NCBI GenBank assembly: GCA_965203905.1
Contig: CBDBDQ010000005.1
Coordinates: 1,856,001 to 1,920,000, forward strand
Direction of reading: 5' to 3'
From: Spirochaetia bacterium
Lineage (GTDB): Bacteria > Spirochaetota > Spirochaetia > SZUA-6 > Bin103
DNA: 64,000 bases
Below are positions 44,876 through 55,835 of this stretch, in pieces. The notes below the pieces were generated by a model, which was given only the letters and a program-made list of their open reading frames with translations, ran no database searches and was not told where the DNA came from. The position numbers and the translations under genes are program-made. Numbering within the stretch: position 1 is the stretch's first letter; each line of letters opens with the position of its first letter.

Positions 44876-45373
44876 CTATTGGATTAGGTTTGTCCTGTCT
44901 CTATACAGGACAAGATCGAGTGCCCCTGTGGAAACCTTGGCGCTTCCAAGCTGATTCCTCATGCTCACGATTAGTTCCCGGAATAGGATCATTCCGTCTC
45001 TAGTGAAGAGGTACGGAATCTCTCCGTCATACTGCCCGATTCCTTCCTCGAAGGTTCCCAGACTACTCACGACATCTTTGTCCGCGAACGCAGCAATCTG
45101 CGGTATGGCCGGAAGTCTTTTTTTAGGATCGTCGGAGACGGCAGTCAAGTACGCTTGAAACGCTGTCGCCGCCATCTCAATACGTTTCTCCTGAACGATC
45201 TGTCTGCTCACGAACAGGTTGGTAACAACGGTTCCGATAAGCGCACCCAATAGAGCAGAGACAAGCGGTGGCCACCAAGGCGCCGCAGCCACACTCACGT
45301 ATTCCGTCCTAGCCAAGACTGAAACCAAACCGTAGTGAGCAAGCTCGTCATGACGATACACATACACCGACAC
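44876..45373 (-). CDS. Hypothetical single-TM protein
   Basis: 165-aa ORF with one TM helix; GGAGG-like RBS. Confidence 0.55.
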   Translation of the reverse strand: MSVYVYRHDELAHYGLVSVLARTEYVSVAAAPWWPPLVSALLGALIGTVVTNLFVSRQIVQEKRIEMAATAFQAYLTAVSDDPKKRLPAIPQIAAFADKDVVSSLGTFEEGIGQYDGEIPYLFTRDGMILFRELIVSMRNQLGSAKVSTGALDLVLYRDRTNLIQ

Positions 45374-46322
45374 CTCATTACTGGACCTCCTGTCAGTGGG
45401 TCACCTAATCCGGGAGCGGGAAAGCCAGCATCTCGCACGACTGCCGAGAGACCCTGTATCTGAATCGCTCAGAGCCGCAATTTCGCGGTGCGTCACACCG
45501 CGTGGTGCGGTGCCCGTTGGTGTGCGCTCATGCGTGGGCGCAACGCGGCGCGTTCGCGCGGGGTGCGGCCAAGCCGCGGCCAGCACTTCTCCCCCGCCAC
45601 GTTCTACCGCCTCAATCATACGGAAAGGAGAATTCTGTGAGTGCCCTCAAAGAGGGACCTTCGTTTGGTCGGCCAGTCTGATTCTGAGTCCGCTGATCGC
45701 GACACATTTACGTTCATATCAAACTCCTGCGTAAATGTCAACCTTCCCTACAATTCTTTACAACAAAACGAATAAAGCGTCCATAACAAACCGCCCACAA
45801 AATGTCAACATGTCGCTCGCACTGTCGCTTCATATATACATGTATATATGACCGTGCTGTCTCGCCGTAAAGCCCCAGGGAGTAACAATTTACTGGATTT
45901 CGTTCAGAAAGAGCTACAATTCCCGATGAACTTGGCTCACGTGGCAGACCGCCCGTTTGTTCTGACCGAGCACGGCGCGCTGTTGGTACGAAATAACGAC
46001 GGCGTGTACCGTCCAACCTCTGGTTGTATTCGACCCCGCCGGGAGTGGGCGATGGATCGACGTGGTTATGCGGGTATCCGGGACGTACGACCTGTTGACC
46101 GCGTGGTGATTGGCCCGCCGCAGTAGGCGAAGGCCGATCACCGACAAGTGGACCCTTACCGCCGAGGATAGCGTCGCCGCAAGTGAAGCCCGTATCCACC
46201 AGCAAGACCGGATTGGCCGGCCGCATCGTCAGGCCGGCCGGAGCCGAGAGCGACAGAAACCGCCTTAACGGAAGTGAGTGGCTGGGCAGCGCGCCCATCG
46301 TCCGTGCCTCCTTGCGGGCGGG

Positions 46323-46916
46323 CTACCTGGGTAGGGCGTCACGACGATGCCGGGCGGTAGGCGGTGCCGTCGGACGGGTGTCGTTGAGCCAGGGCCAGCC
46401 CCCACCCTTGACCAGCCAAGCAAAGGCGAAGGGCAAAATCGTAAGCACCTCGGAGATGGTCACCGCACAAGCAACCCATCGCTCCGCGTGTTCGCGCTGC
46501 CAACTGAGGACAATTGATGCGAGTAGCCCCCGGACCATGATCCACAAGCATACTTTGTAGACTCTGTTGCGTGTTTGCTTCTTTCCCACACGCTCGCTTC
46601 CCTGCTGAAACTGGCAGGTGAAGTAACACATGAGCGCCATCGTTACCACGGCGCTGACGGCGTGAATCCCGTTGAGTAATGAAAAAGAGTCGTCACTGTG
46701 TTCGCGCGGGGGAAACATCCCTACGCAGATCGCCGCGACGCCCGCCAGACTGCTGATCCAATCCTCGTGTCGGGCCTCGGGGTATCCTTTGTACGCCACT
46801 AGTCCGAGGCCGATGGCGACCATGAATCCTGCGAACAGCAGGGCCAGCGGCGTGTGGTAGTAAGAGCTGAGTGCGTAGGGTATCGGCACTCTGAAGCGCC
46901 ACATCCCTACGCTCAT
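46323..46916 (-). CDS. Multi-pass membrane protein (DUF998-like)
   Basis: LSSYYHT, LVAYKGY, IHAVSA, FAWLVKG. Confidence 0.6.
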   Translation of the reverse strand: MSVGMWRFRVPIPYALSSYYHTPLALLFAGFMVAIGLGLVAYKGYPEARHEDWISSLAGVAAICVGMFPPREHSDDSFSLLNGIHAVSAVVTMALMCYFTCQFQQGSERVGKKQTRNRVYKVCLWIMVRGLLASIVLSWQREHAERWVACAVTISEVLTILPFAFAWLVKGGGWPWLNDTRPTAPPTARHRRDALPR

Positions 46917-47171
46917 CCGGTTCTCCCGGTCGGCCGGCGGGGTCTAAGTGTGGTGGGCCGACCGCACCGTTTCATTGGGGACCTCTTCATTGGGGACCTC
47001 ACCGGAAAAGGGCCAAAGAGTCAATTGACCGCCCACCCGGCAGTCCGAGGATGCAAACTCTTACGGAGCCACGACTTACAGATAACGCATCTTCATGTCA
47101 CGGACGTAAACCTACTCCGACAGATTGACATTTTCGGCTCTGCGTGATAGAGCCTCGCCAAGAGAAACACA

Positions 47172-48151
47172 ATGAGCCCCAACAATCGAAGCTCCAAGGG
47201 ACCCGGCCGGGCATACCGGAAGGGCATCTCGTTGATTGAGCTCGCCAGGATGTTCCCGGACGATGCGGCCGCGGAACGCTGGTTCAGCAAGGGCCGTTGG
47301 CCTGACGGCCCCCGCTGCCCCCACTGCCACAAGACCGAGACGGTCAAGCGGCGCACCCACCCCAGCATGCCGTACCACTGCAGCAAGTGCCGGCGGTTCT
47401 TCAGCGTGAAGGTCGGGACCGTCATGGAGAACAGCAACCTCGGGCTCCAGAAGTGGGCGTTCGCGGTGTACCTGATGGCGACGAACCTGAAGGGCACGAG
47501 CAGCATGCACCTCCACCGGGATCTGGGGATCACCCAGAAGTCCGCCTGGTTCATGGCGATGAGGATCCGTGCCTGCTGGGAGCAGGGGCGCTCGCTGTTC
47601 GATGGACCGGTCGAGGTGGACGAGGCGTGGTTCGGTGGCCGGGAGGCCAACAGCACGCCAGCAAGCGCCTCGGATCGGACTGGCGTACCGGCAAGACCGT
47701 CGTGGCCGCCGCCCGCGATCAGGCGACCGGGCAGATCACCGCCAAGGTGGTGCCGGACACGCCCCCGTGGGTACTGCAGAACTTCGTGATGGACACGGCC
47801 GAGACGACCGCCGAGGTATTCACGGACGACAACCCCAGCTACAAGCGGCTCATGTACCTGCATCGTACGGTACGGCACAGCGTCGGGGAGTACGTGAATG
47901 AGCAGGCGCACGTCAACGGCGTGGAGTCGTTCTGGTCGATGCTCAAGCGGGGCTACTACGGCACGCATCACCGGATGAGCCCGGCGCACCTACAGCGTTA
48001 CGTGGACGAGTTCGCGGGCCGGCACAACCAGCGTGATGCGGACACCGAGGTCCAGATGCTCGGCATGGTGCTGGGGATGGTGGGGAAGCGGCTCCGCTAC
48101 CGTGACGTCGCCGTCGGAAAGGCCGCTGGCAACATTCGGGCGGCTCAGTAG
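47172..48151 (+). pseudogene. IS1595-family transposase, frameshifted near 47652
   Basis: CPHC/CSKC zinc ribbon, VEVDE, TDD..SY, H.NGVESFWS.LKR, Y..EF; aac-agcac lacks one A of NKH. Confidence 0.9.
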
Positions 48152-48157
48152 CGATCG

Positions 48158-48481
48158 ATGCTCGACACTCTACTTGTTGGCTTCCAAGCGATTATTACGA
48201 TGATCTTCATCGGGATATTCATCCTCCTGGCTTTCCCGAGTGCAGCCGTAGCCGTTTGGATTCTCAACCTTTTCTCGTTCGTGATCCCCACCATCATGGG
48301 GATGATGACCATAGGGGTCGAGGACGAGATGCTCAGCGCAGCTATCTTCGGAGCAACCTTCCCTCTCACCTTATTCCTGTGGATCTCCGCCGTCGTGGCG
48401 ACCCGCAACAAGCATCAGGCTGATCTCCGCCGAGAAAGACACAGGGCTCAGGCCGAGGCGCTGACAAGATTATCGTCATGA
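48158..48481 (+). CDS. Hypothetical membrane protein (possible IS passenger)
   Basis: Hydrophobic 107-aa ORF. Confidence 0.6.
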   Translation: MLDTLLVGFQAIITMIFIGIFILLAFPSAAVAVWILNLFSFVIPTIMGMMTIGVEDEMLSAAIFGATFPLTLFLWISAVVATRNKHQADLRRERHRAQAEALTRLSS

Positions 48482-48519
48482 GCGAAAGTGTCAAGCTGAT
48501 TGACAAATATCGCACCCTC

Positions 48520-48757
48520 CTGTTAGGCTAATCCCTGGAACCGATCAGACCGCACTGGTGTCCCCGCATGTCGGGTCACCCGCGCGGAATACAACAGCCC
48601 CTCGTGTGCGGTACGGGAGTAGCTACCCAGACCCGCCGGGTGAATACGTGCGGTACGCACCAACCCTAAGGGACACCTATCGGTCGGGCAGATTCAAGAC
48701 GGCCCGGCTCCTTGCCGGGCACAACGGCTGAACGATCGGACGGTCCAACCACCTGTT
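48520..48757. other. 233-bp structured non-coding insertion flanked by CCTGTT repeats
   Basis: Nested stems (see findings). Confidence 0.5.
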
Positions 48758-49067
48758 GATCTTCCGCCTACATGAGGACGAGGAACTGCTGGACTACATC
48801 GTGGGGATGCGTCCCGAGGACAACCGTAGTACCGTCCTGATGGCGACCAACGAGCGGCTCTTCCGGTTCACCAAGAAGTTCCTGGGGGACGAGGTTGAGG
48901 AGTTCCCCTACGGGAACATCACGTCGATCGTGCTGGACCGGAAGGCCCTGACGGGCTACACCGTCACGGTGGTGGCGGCCGGCATCGCGGTCCAGATCAA
49001 GATGGTTCAGCCGAGCGATGAGCCGGAGGATATGGTGAGGGAGGTGCGGCGACGTATAGCCGCGTAG
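48756..49067 (+). CDS. Bacterial PH-domain protein (5' end possibly displaced)
   Basis: LHEDEELL, LMATNERL, EEFPYGNITSI. Confidence 0.7.
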   Translation: MIFRLHEDEELLDYIVGMRPEDNRSTVLMATNERLFRFTKKFLGDEVEEFPYGNITSIVLDRKALTGYTVTVVAAGIAVQIKMVQPSDEPEDMVREVRRRIAA

Positions 49068-49129
49068 ACTGATGATTGACTTGACAACCACATACGGTCC
49101 ACATAATAGTGGGTCCTGTCGTGAAACCG

Positions 49130-49558
49130 ATGTTCGTTCGTAAGAAGTTGAGCCTCGTGCTCCTCTTGGTGTTCGTCGGCATGGCCACCGGGTTCGCCCA
49201 AAAGCTTTCCCTCGAATCGGAGATGGCTCGATTCTACGGGGAGGTGTGGCAGAGTCACGTCGTGGGTATGATGGAGGTTCTGATCCTTCTGGACGGCTCG
49301 TACATATACATGAATGAGCCTCCGCAGTATTCACAACAGGACGGCCAATCTGTCCGTCCCCATGTGGAACAGGGGACGTGGAGCTTAGAGGTCTTTGTGG
49401 AGATCACACAGCCGTCCGTCGTCAGGTTCTACACGCTCCACTTCGTACCCGAGGCTGATGGGGAGAAATGGTCACGGGCGGCTAAAGCCGATAGGGGAAC
49501 CCTCTGTCTCGGTATAACCGGTGGTAGATGTCTTCGGATGGTTGCCCAGATTCCGTAG
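49130..49558 (+). CDS. Hypothetical exported protein
   Basis: Signal-peptide-like N-terminus. Confidence 0.6.
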   Translation: MFVRKKLSLVLLLVFVGMATGFAQKLSLESEMARFYGEVWQSHVVGMMEVLILLDGSYIYMNEPPQYSQQDGQSVRPHVEQGTWSLEVFVEITQPSVVRFYTLHFVPEADGEKWSRAAKADRGTLCLGITGGRCLRMVAQIP

Positions 49559-49887
49559 ATCAGGTCGTCAAGATTCTTGTTTCGTCCGAGTCTGATAGGT
49601 CGATTTTGAAATTACGGCCTTGGCTCCCGCTACCCGTCCTGATACGCTTGGTGACATGCCATGCCGGAGCAGGACTGCCCGGATCGCGAACAGGTCATCC
49701 AGATGCTACGGAAGGGCCGGTCGGGGCCGGGGCTGCAGGTCAAGCGTGCGCGTAGCTAGGTTCCATCGGGCCGCTTGGTCGGTGTAGACTCGGGACCATG
49801 CGCCCCAGATTTTTCCTCGAGGCCGAGACGTCCGCCATTCTCTGCACCTTCCTGGCGTGGTCCCCCATTATTCTTTACATGCCTTAA

Positions 49888-50169
49888 CTAGTCGGTCTCC
49901 CTACGGTAGTGCGTCAGCCGAGTCATCCGGTACACGAGGCGGTCCAGGGCGGCGCATCCTTTGGGGGTGATGCGGTACTCGCCCTGCTGCTCCAGATGTT
50001 CCACCAGACCCTCCTGCTTCAGCTTGTCCGTTATACCATAGGTAGCTGCTAAGCTGTAGCCAGTTTGTCGCATGCGGGCCATCACTTCCGTGGGTCCAGC
50101 TGGCTTTCGGTCCGAGAGCGCCTGCAGAAAACCCCAGTAGTTGGCTTCCAACTGTACCGAACTACTCAT
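49888..50169 (-). CDS. Small winged-helix-like protein ending in an IS-type repeat
   Basis: L.QEGLVEH..GEYRITPKG; tail LTHYR encoded by ggtagtgcgtcag (49905-49917). Confidence 0.55.
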   Translation of the reverse strand: MSSSVQLEANYWGFLQALSDRKPAGPTEVMARMRQTGYSLAATYGITDKLKQEGLVEHLEQQGEYRITPKGCAALDRLVYRMTRLTHYRRETD

Positions 50170-50285
50170 GCGGAATCCGTATCACGAACAGACGATTACG
50201 TCAATTCCATGATAGGGTACGGGCCGCAAATCACCCAGCAGTAAGTACTTGTCACTTTTCGCGGGACCCGATATGCTTTGTCGGT

Positions 50286-50492
50286 ATGTCAGGAGAACCA
50301 GAACGGAAGCCACGCGGCCGGCACCGCAAGCACCGCTGGCCGGAGCCGATCGACGCTGATCCGGAGGACATCATGCGGGCGTTGGTCCGGACGCCCCGGA
50401 AGCTGGTAGAGCGGGAGCTGGATAACCAAGACGTGATTCGCGACACGGAATTGGATGACCAGCAGGACGAGGGCACCAGCAACCCTCCCTAA
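50286..50492 (+). CDS. Small protein of the type found beside IS1595 elements
   Basis: RGR...PEPIDADPEDIMRALVRTP; followed by a tatataatttcc IS-end-like motif near 50527. Confidence 0.5.
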   Translation: MSGEPERKPRGRHRKHRWPEPIDADPEDIMRALVRTPRKLVERELDNQDVIRDTELDDQQDEGTSNPP

Positions 50493-50612
50493 GCGCTCAA
50501 TTTCGTCCTTCGCTGTTTACGACCATATATAATTTCCCGTCGATTCGGCGATTCGGCCAGGTTGCGCCCGGTCAGAGAGTCTTGAAGTACTCAGTCTGAT
50601 AGAGTACGACCC

Positions 50613-51859
50613 GTGCATCGCTTTAACTTCCTGAGACTGGCCGCCGTCCTGGTAACGGCTGCCGTGGCTTTCGTCGCCTGCGCCCACGGTCCAGGTACTC
50701 TTGAACTGCGAGGGCCTGAAGAACCATCTGGGCCCGCGGGCCCGCCTGACACCGCCCCAGCCTTCGCCGTCACGGTAGCCGATCAGACCTTCACAGAGGG
50801 CGAGCCAATCAGCCCGCTGACGCTACCCGAGGCCAGCGGCGGCAATGGACCCTTGTCTTATCCCTGGCGCCCACGGTTCCGGGCCTGACGTTCGCCGCGG
50901 CCACGCGCACGCTGAGCGGGACGCCCACCATGGCCGGAAGCTATAACGTCGAGTACAGGGTAGAGGATGGCGACGCCAACACGGCTGCCAGCGACGCTGC
51001 GACGCTTACCTTCACGGTCACGGTGGAGGAAGCGCCAGAGCCCGATACCGCGCCCAGCTTTGGCAGCCAGACGGTGCCGAACCAGAGCTACACGGTAGGC
51101 GTGGCGATCGGCGCCCTAGTGCTGCCCCAGGCCACCGGCGGCAACGGATCCCTGAGCTACTCTCTGACGCCCTCGGTTCCGGGGCTCACGTTCGACCAGA
51201 ACAGCCGCACGCTGACTGGCACGCCGACCACCGCCGGGACCCATCTCGTCCAATACCGAGTAGAGGATGGAGACAGCAACACGGCCGCCAGCGACGCTGC
51301 GACGCTCACCTTCACGATCACAGTGCAGGAACCGCCCACGCCATACGTGGGCTGCTCGTCAGACGCGGAGACGTGGCGCGGGTTGAGGGTCTGCAGCGAA
51401 CGTTCGCGGGAAGGGTACGACCGCGACGACTACGGGACCGGCTACAGGAGTCTGGAGGACGAGATCATCGCGGCGTTGCCGGCAACCATGAAGGCTGACG
51501 GCAAGGTCTACACGCCCTACTCCTGCATCGCGTTCGACATCACGTCGAGCGGGACCGCCGCCACCGACATTGAGCATGTCGTCGCGCTGGCGGAGGCGCA
51601 CGACAGCGGGATCGCTGACGATCAGCGCCGAGACATCGCCAGCGACCTCGACAACCTCACAATCGCGGATCCGACCGTGAACCGCTCGCAGAAAGGCGCG
51701 CGGGACGCCGCCGAGTGGATGCCGACCCACCACGGCGCATGGTTCGCCGAGCGGGTCATCCAGGTGAAGTTGGAATATGGGTTGACGGTCGACCCGGATG
51801 AGCGGGACGCGCTGGCGGCACTACTCGCGGGCGGAGGAGCGCAGACTGATGGCTATTGA
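50613..51859 (+). pseudogene. Lipoprotein with putative Ig repeats and a DUF1524/HNH-type nuclease; frameshift near 50860
   Basis: Lipobox FVAC; two LP.A.GGNG.LSY..PGLTF..RTL.GTPT repeats; DIEHVVALAEAHDSG..NL..VNRSQKG.RD..EW.P. Confidence 0.75.
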
Positions 51860-54800
51860 CTACGCCGCGGTCGCAAACGACCAAGCGCGGCTCAAAAGAA
51901 CCGCTACAAACAGCATCCGTACGCTCGCGCGTCTCTACGCTGATCGAGCACACTTTATATTTGAGTTATTGCAGAACGCTGAGGATGCACTCCGTCGGCG
52001 CCCCGCCGCTTGGAGCGGACCGCACACGGTGAAATTCCAGCTTTGCTCACAATCCCTCCGTGTCAGCCATTACGGCGAACCCTTCAATAATCGTGATGTG
52101 GAGAACATCTGCAGTGTCGGAGAAACAGAAAAGGAGCTTACTGACATCGGGAAGTTCGGTATTGGCTTCAAGTCGGTCTACGCGTTCACGGATCGTCCGA
52201 CGATTCATTCCGGGCCAGAGGACTTCGCCATAGAGGACTTTGTTCGACCCACTGCCGCCCCCCGCATCGACCGCGACCCAGGCGAGACAGCCATCATAAT
52301 ACCCGTTCCGGTGACGGACGAGTTGGCTCATCCCGAGATCGCTCGCGGACTTGGCAGCCTTGGCGCCTCGACACTACTATTCCTACGCGAGATCGAAGGG
52401 ATCCACTGGAACGTGGAGAGCGGTCGGTCGGGGCTCTACCTTCGGGATTCAAAGGAGATCACGCCCGGCGTTCGCGCCGTGACCGTGATGGGTAAGGAAG
52501 ACACGCAGCCGGAGCTTCATGAAGAGTGGCTAATCTTCTCGCGGGCCGTGACTACGAATGGCGGGCTGGCCGCCGGGCAGGTCGAGATTGCGTTCTCCTT
52601 GGTTAAGGACGACCAACTCCAGCTAGAGCGGATTGGACGCCTCAGGCGGTCCCCACTCGTCGTATTCTTTCCGACGGTACTTGAGACACATCTTGGCTTC
52701 CTTGTTCAAGGTCCGTACCGGACAACGCCGAGTCGCGATAACGTGCCGGACAAGGACGATTGGAATAGGCATCTCGTCGGCGAAACGGCTTTGCTCCTTC
52801 GGCAAGCCCTAAGGTGGCTGCGAGACAACGATTTCCTCGATACGAACGGGCTGGCGTGCCTCCCAATCGATTCGGCGATGTTCGGACAAGATAGCATGTT
52901 CGCGCCGCTCTACGACGCCACGAAGTCCGCACTTTCGTCGGAGTCCCTCCTTCCGCGTTTCGACGCTGGTCATGTGGCGGCCGCGCGCGCCCGGATCGGG
53001 CGCACACAGGAGCTACGCAACTTGCTCACGCCGGATCAACTCGCGGCTCTCTATGGGGAGAAACATCAGCTCGTCTGGCTGAGCGGAGACATCACGCAAG
53101 ACCGGACGCCGGAGCTCCGCCGCTACCTTATGCAGAGGCTGAACATTCCGGAACTCACGGCGGAGACCGTCATCCCGCAGCTCGGTCGAGAGTACCTCGA
53201 GAAACAATCGGACATCTGGATCGAGAGGCTTTATGAATTCTTGAGCGGTCAGCCCAGTTTGCGACAGCGGCTCGAAGACGCGCCATTGATCCGGCTGGAG
53301 AACGGCACTCACGTCCCGCCCCGCCTGGGTGGCCAGGCTCAGGCGTTCCTACCAAGTGAGGTCGCGACGGAGTTCCCGGTGGTGCGCAGTACTGTGTGTG
53401 CCAGCGAAAGGTCGCTCGAGTTCCTGCGTTCGCTAGGACTGTCCCAGCCTGATCCGGTCGACGACATCGTCCGAAACGTCTTGCCGCGGTATCGAGCGCA
53501 CGAGGCCGACGTGAACTACGCGGACTACGAAACCGACATCGGTCGAATCCTGAATGCCTTTGCCACCGACTCGAAGGGACAGCGGGAGAAACTGGAGGCT
53601 GCACTGCGAGAGTCGGTGTTCGTGATGACTGTTGACTCCGGCGATCGATCCAAAAGGGTCTCGAAGCCCGGGAAGGTCTATCTGTCAACGGAACGACTTA
53701 GAGAGTTGTTCGACGGCGTTGATCGTGTTTTTCTCGTCGACAGCGATTACCCCTGTCTCAGGGGCGACAGCATCCGCGAGCTTCTCGAATCCTGCGGCGC
53801 GACGCGGTCTCTGCGATCGGTCGCCGTCGCATGCGACTTGTCAGAGGAGTATCTGGCCGAGATCCGACGCAATGCAGGGCTTGAGCGATCCACATCGGAC
53901 AAAGCGATTACCGACTGGACCTTGCATGGCCTTGATGGGCTATTGAGATTGCTTCCGAACTTGGAACTAGTTGAGCGGAAACGAAGGGCAGCTCTGCTCT
54001 GGGAGGCACTCGTGGATCTCGAGAACCGTCGGGGCTCCAGAGCGTTCGTAGCCGAGTACTTGTGGAGTTACTCGCACGAAACGAAGACTGCCACGATCGA
54101 CGCCGCCTTCGTTAGACAACTCCTCAAAACGGAGTGGGTCCCCGATTCAGACGGTAACCTGCATGCCCCGGAGCTGGTCGCTTTCGCCACACTCGGCTGG
54201 AAGCGGAACCCGTTCCTCCTCTCCAAGATTCGCTTCAAGCCGCCGATCATTGATCAACTTGCGAAGGAAGCGGGCATCGAGCCCGGCGTCCTTGATCTCC
54301 TCAAGAAGTTGGGCGTCACCAGCGAAGCGAAACTGCGAGCTCGACTTGGTGTACCGAGGGACGACGACGCCACCGTGAGTGATTCAGAAAAAGACTTGCA
54401 GGATGTAGTCGAGAAGCTCGTTGGAACACCCAACACTACGCCGATAGTGTCGGACTCGGCCGACCAGGAACCAGTGAAGCGAGACAGCATCGGTGGTCGC
54501 GCCGGTTTCGGGGCTGGCGCAGGATCGGGCGATGAACGCAAGCCTGGTAGTCGCGCAAGTGGCGACGCAAGCACCCTTGACATAGACACGCACGCTCGGC
54601 CGACAGGAGGTAAGCGGCTACCGGGAAGCTCGGGTGGGCGACCGTTCGTCTCCTACGTTGGCGTGCACATGGAAGACGAGGTCCCCGATCCTGATGATCT
54701 CAACCAAGCGGCCCGGATGGCGCTTGAGGAGAGGGCCATCGAATTCATTTTATCGCACGAAACAGGATGGCAACGAACACCTCCTTACCACCCAGGCTTC

Positions 54801-55088
54801 GATTTATTCGAAACAGGACCAGGTGAGCAGCCGAAGCGGTGGTGCGAAGTCAAGGCTATGACCGGCAACCTCTCTGGACGCCCAGTGGCACTGTCCCGAA
54901 CGCAGTTCGATTTTGCTCGCGAGCACGGCGATGCGTATTGGCTCTACATTGTCGAGCAGGCGGGTACGGACAGCGCCCGCATCGTCCGCATCCAGGACCC
55001 GGCCGGCAACGCTCGAAGCTTCACATTTGACCACGGTTGGCGTGAAATTGCTATCTTGGATCGCGATGAAGAACGCCAAGTGGACTGA
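51849..55088 (+). CDS. Sacsin/NO-VEIN-like GHKL ATPase with a C-terminal DUF3883-type nuclease
   Basis: FELLQNAEDA, IGKFGIGFKSVY, GFDL...EVKA, Q.....GDAYWLYIV. Confidence 0.85.
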   Translation: MAIDYAAVANDQARLKRTATNSIRTLARLYADRAHFIFELLQNAEDALRRRPAAWSGPHTVKFQLCSQSLRVSHYGEPFNNRDVENICSVGETEKELTDIGKFGIGFKSVYAFTDRPTIHSGPEDFAIEDFVRPTAAPRIDRDPGETAIIIPVPVTDELAHPEIARGLGSLGASTLLFLREIEGIHWNVESGRSGLYLRDSKEITPGVRAVTVMGKEDTQPELHEEWLIFSRAVTTNGGLAAGQVEIAFSLVKDDQLQLERIGRLRRSPLVVFFPTVLETHLGFLVQGPYRTTPSRDNVPDKDDWNRHLVGETALLLRQALRWLRDNDFLDTNGLACLPIDSAMFGQDSMFAPLYDATKSALSSESLLPRFDAGHVAAARARIGRTQELRNLLTPDQLAALYGEKHQLVWLSGDITQDRTPELRRYLMQRLNIPELTAETVIPQLGREYLEKQSDIWIERLYEFLSGQPSLRQRLEDAPLIRLENGTHVPPRLGGQAQAFLPSEVATEFPVVRSTVCASERSLEFLRSLGLSQPDPVDDIVRNVLPRYRAHEADVNYADYETDIGRILNAFATDSKGQREKLEAALRESVFVMTVDSGDRSKRVSKPGKVYLSTERLRELFDGVDRVFLVDSDYPCLRGDSIRELLESCGATRSLRSVAVACDLSEEYLAEIRRNAGLERSTSDKAITDWTLHGLDGLLRLLPNLELVERKRRAALLWEALVDLENRRGSRAFVAEYLWSYSHETKTATIDAAFVRQLLKTEWVPDSDGNLHAPELVAFATLGWKRNPFLLSKIRFKPPIIDQLAKEAGIEPGVLDLLKKLGVTSEAKLRARLGVPRDDDATVSDSEKDLQDVVEKLVGTPNTTPIVSDSADQEPVKRDSIGGRAGFGAGAGSGDERKPGSRASGDASTLDIDTHARPTGGKRLPGSSGGRPFVSYVGVHMEDEVPDPDDLNQAARMALEERAIEFILSHETGWQRTPPYHPGFDLFETGPGEQPKRWCEVKAMTGNLSGRPVALSRTQFDFAREHGDAYWLYIVEQAGTDSARIVRIQDPAGNARSFTFDHGWREIAILDRDEERQVD

Positions 55089-55835
55089 CGTGATGACGAG
55101 TTTGGTATGGGATCTAGATTAGACACAATAGGATCCCTACAGGTTCTGCAAGAAGCCATTCAATAGGTTCCAAAGGTATGTAGGAATTTGGTAGGCTTGT
55201 GTCCACCAGACAGCATGTGATGTCGCTGCCCAGTTTATTCATGGCACTTTCGCCCTATAGCTGCGCAGATAGATCCGTACATTCTATCCTCAATCGAGCA
55301 AAATATGATGGCCTCTCAGGTCTATGGAGACCTGGTAAAGACAGAGAATCTGGAGCCCTCACGGATTATGATTGACAGGAATGAAACTCAAAACATATTC
55401 AACTCGGACTCTTGAGGGAAGAGTGGCCACCCCTTAGCGGCACATTCGAGAAATGAACGGCCCCGGCCCACGGGGTGTCGGATCGGGGCGGCCGGGTCGG
55501 GTGGCTCGAGAAGGGTTCAGTGGAGCAGTGAGGGCGTCGGAGGCATGCTGATCTGCCCCTGAACGCCACGATGGCCAAGCCGCAATCGGCGGGCGTGGGT
55601 CCCGTTGCGTATCGTGGCCACCACCAGGAGCTGCAGGAGAAAGTGGCCCGCCGGGATGAGGGCGACAGAAACGGCAGCTTGGAAGGCTGTTGCTTTCGAG
55701 AGAACAGGGGGATACTACTCTCAATGTACCAACACTTGGCCTCCGCCTGCGGCAGGGCCGACCTCTAACCGCAGGCGGCGAGACGGTGGCAGAAGTTGTC
55801 GACCGCCACGGCAGCGAGCTTCTGGAGCTGCCGAA

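Noticed and set aside
45848-46126. ORF6N-like remnant (PFVLTEHGALL)
   Set aside because: One short motif only; the rest is unsupported.
46971-47000. 15-bp tandem duplication ttcattggggacctc x2
   Set aside because: Real but isolated; probably slippage or an excision scar with no further support.
48525-48757. Group I intron or yybP riboswitch interpretation of the structured insert
   Set aside because: The boundaries do not give a U|...G| splice pattern, and only GGGAGTAGC matches the riboswitch.
55089-55435. AT-rich tract after the GHKL gene as a partner gene or ncRNA
   Set aside because: Multiple stops and no clear structure; likely a decayed gene.
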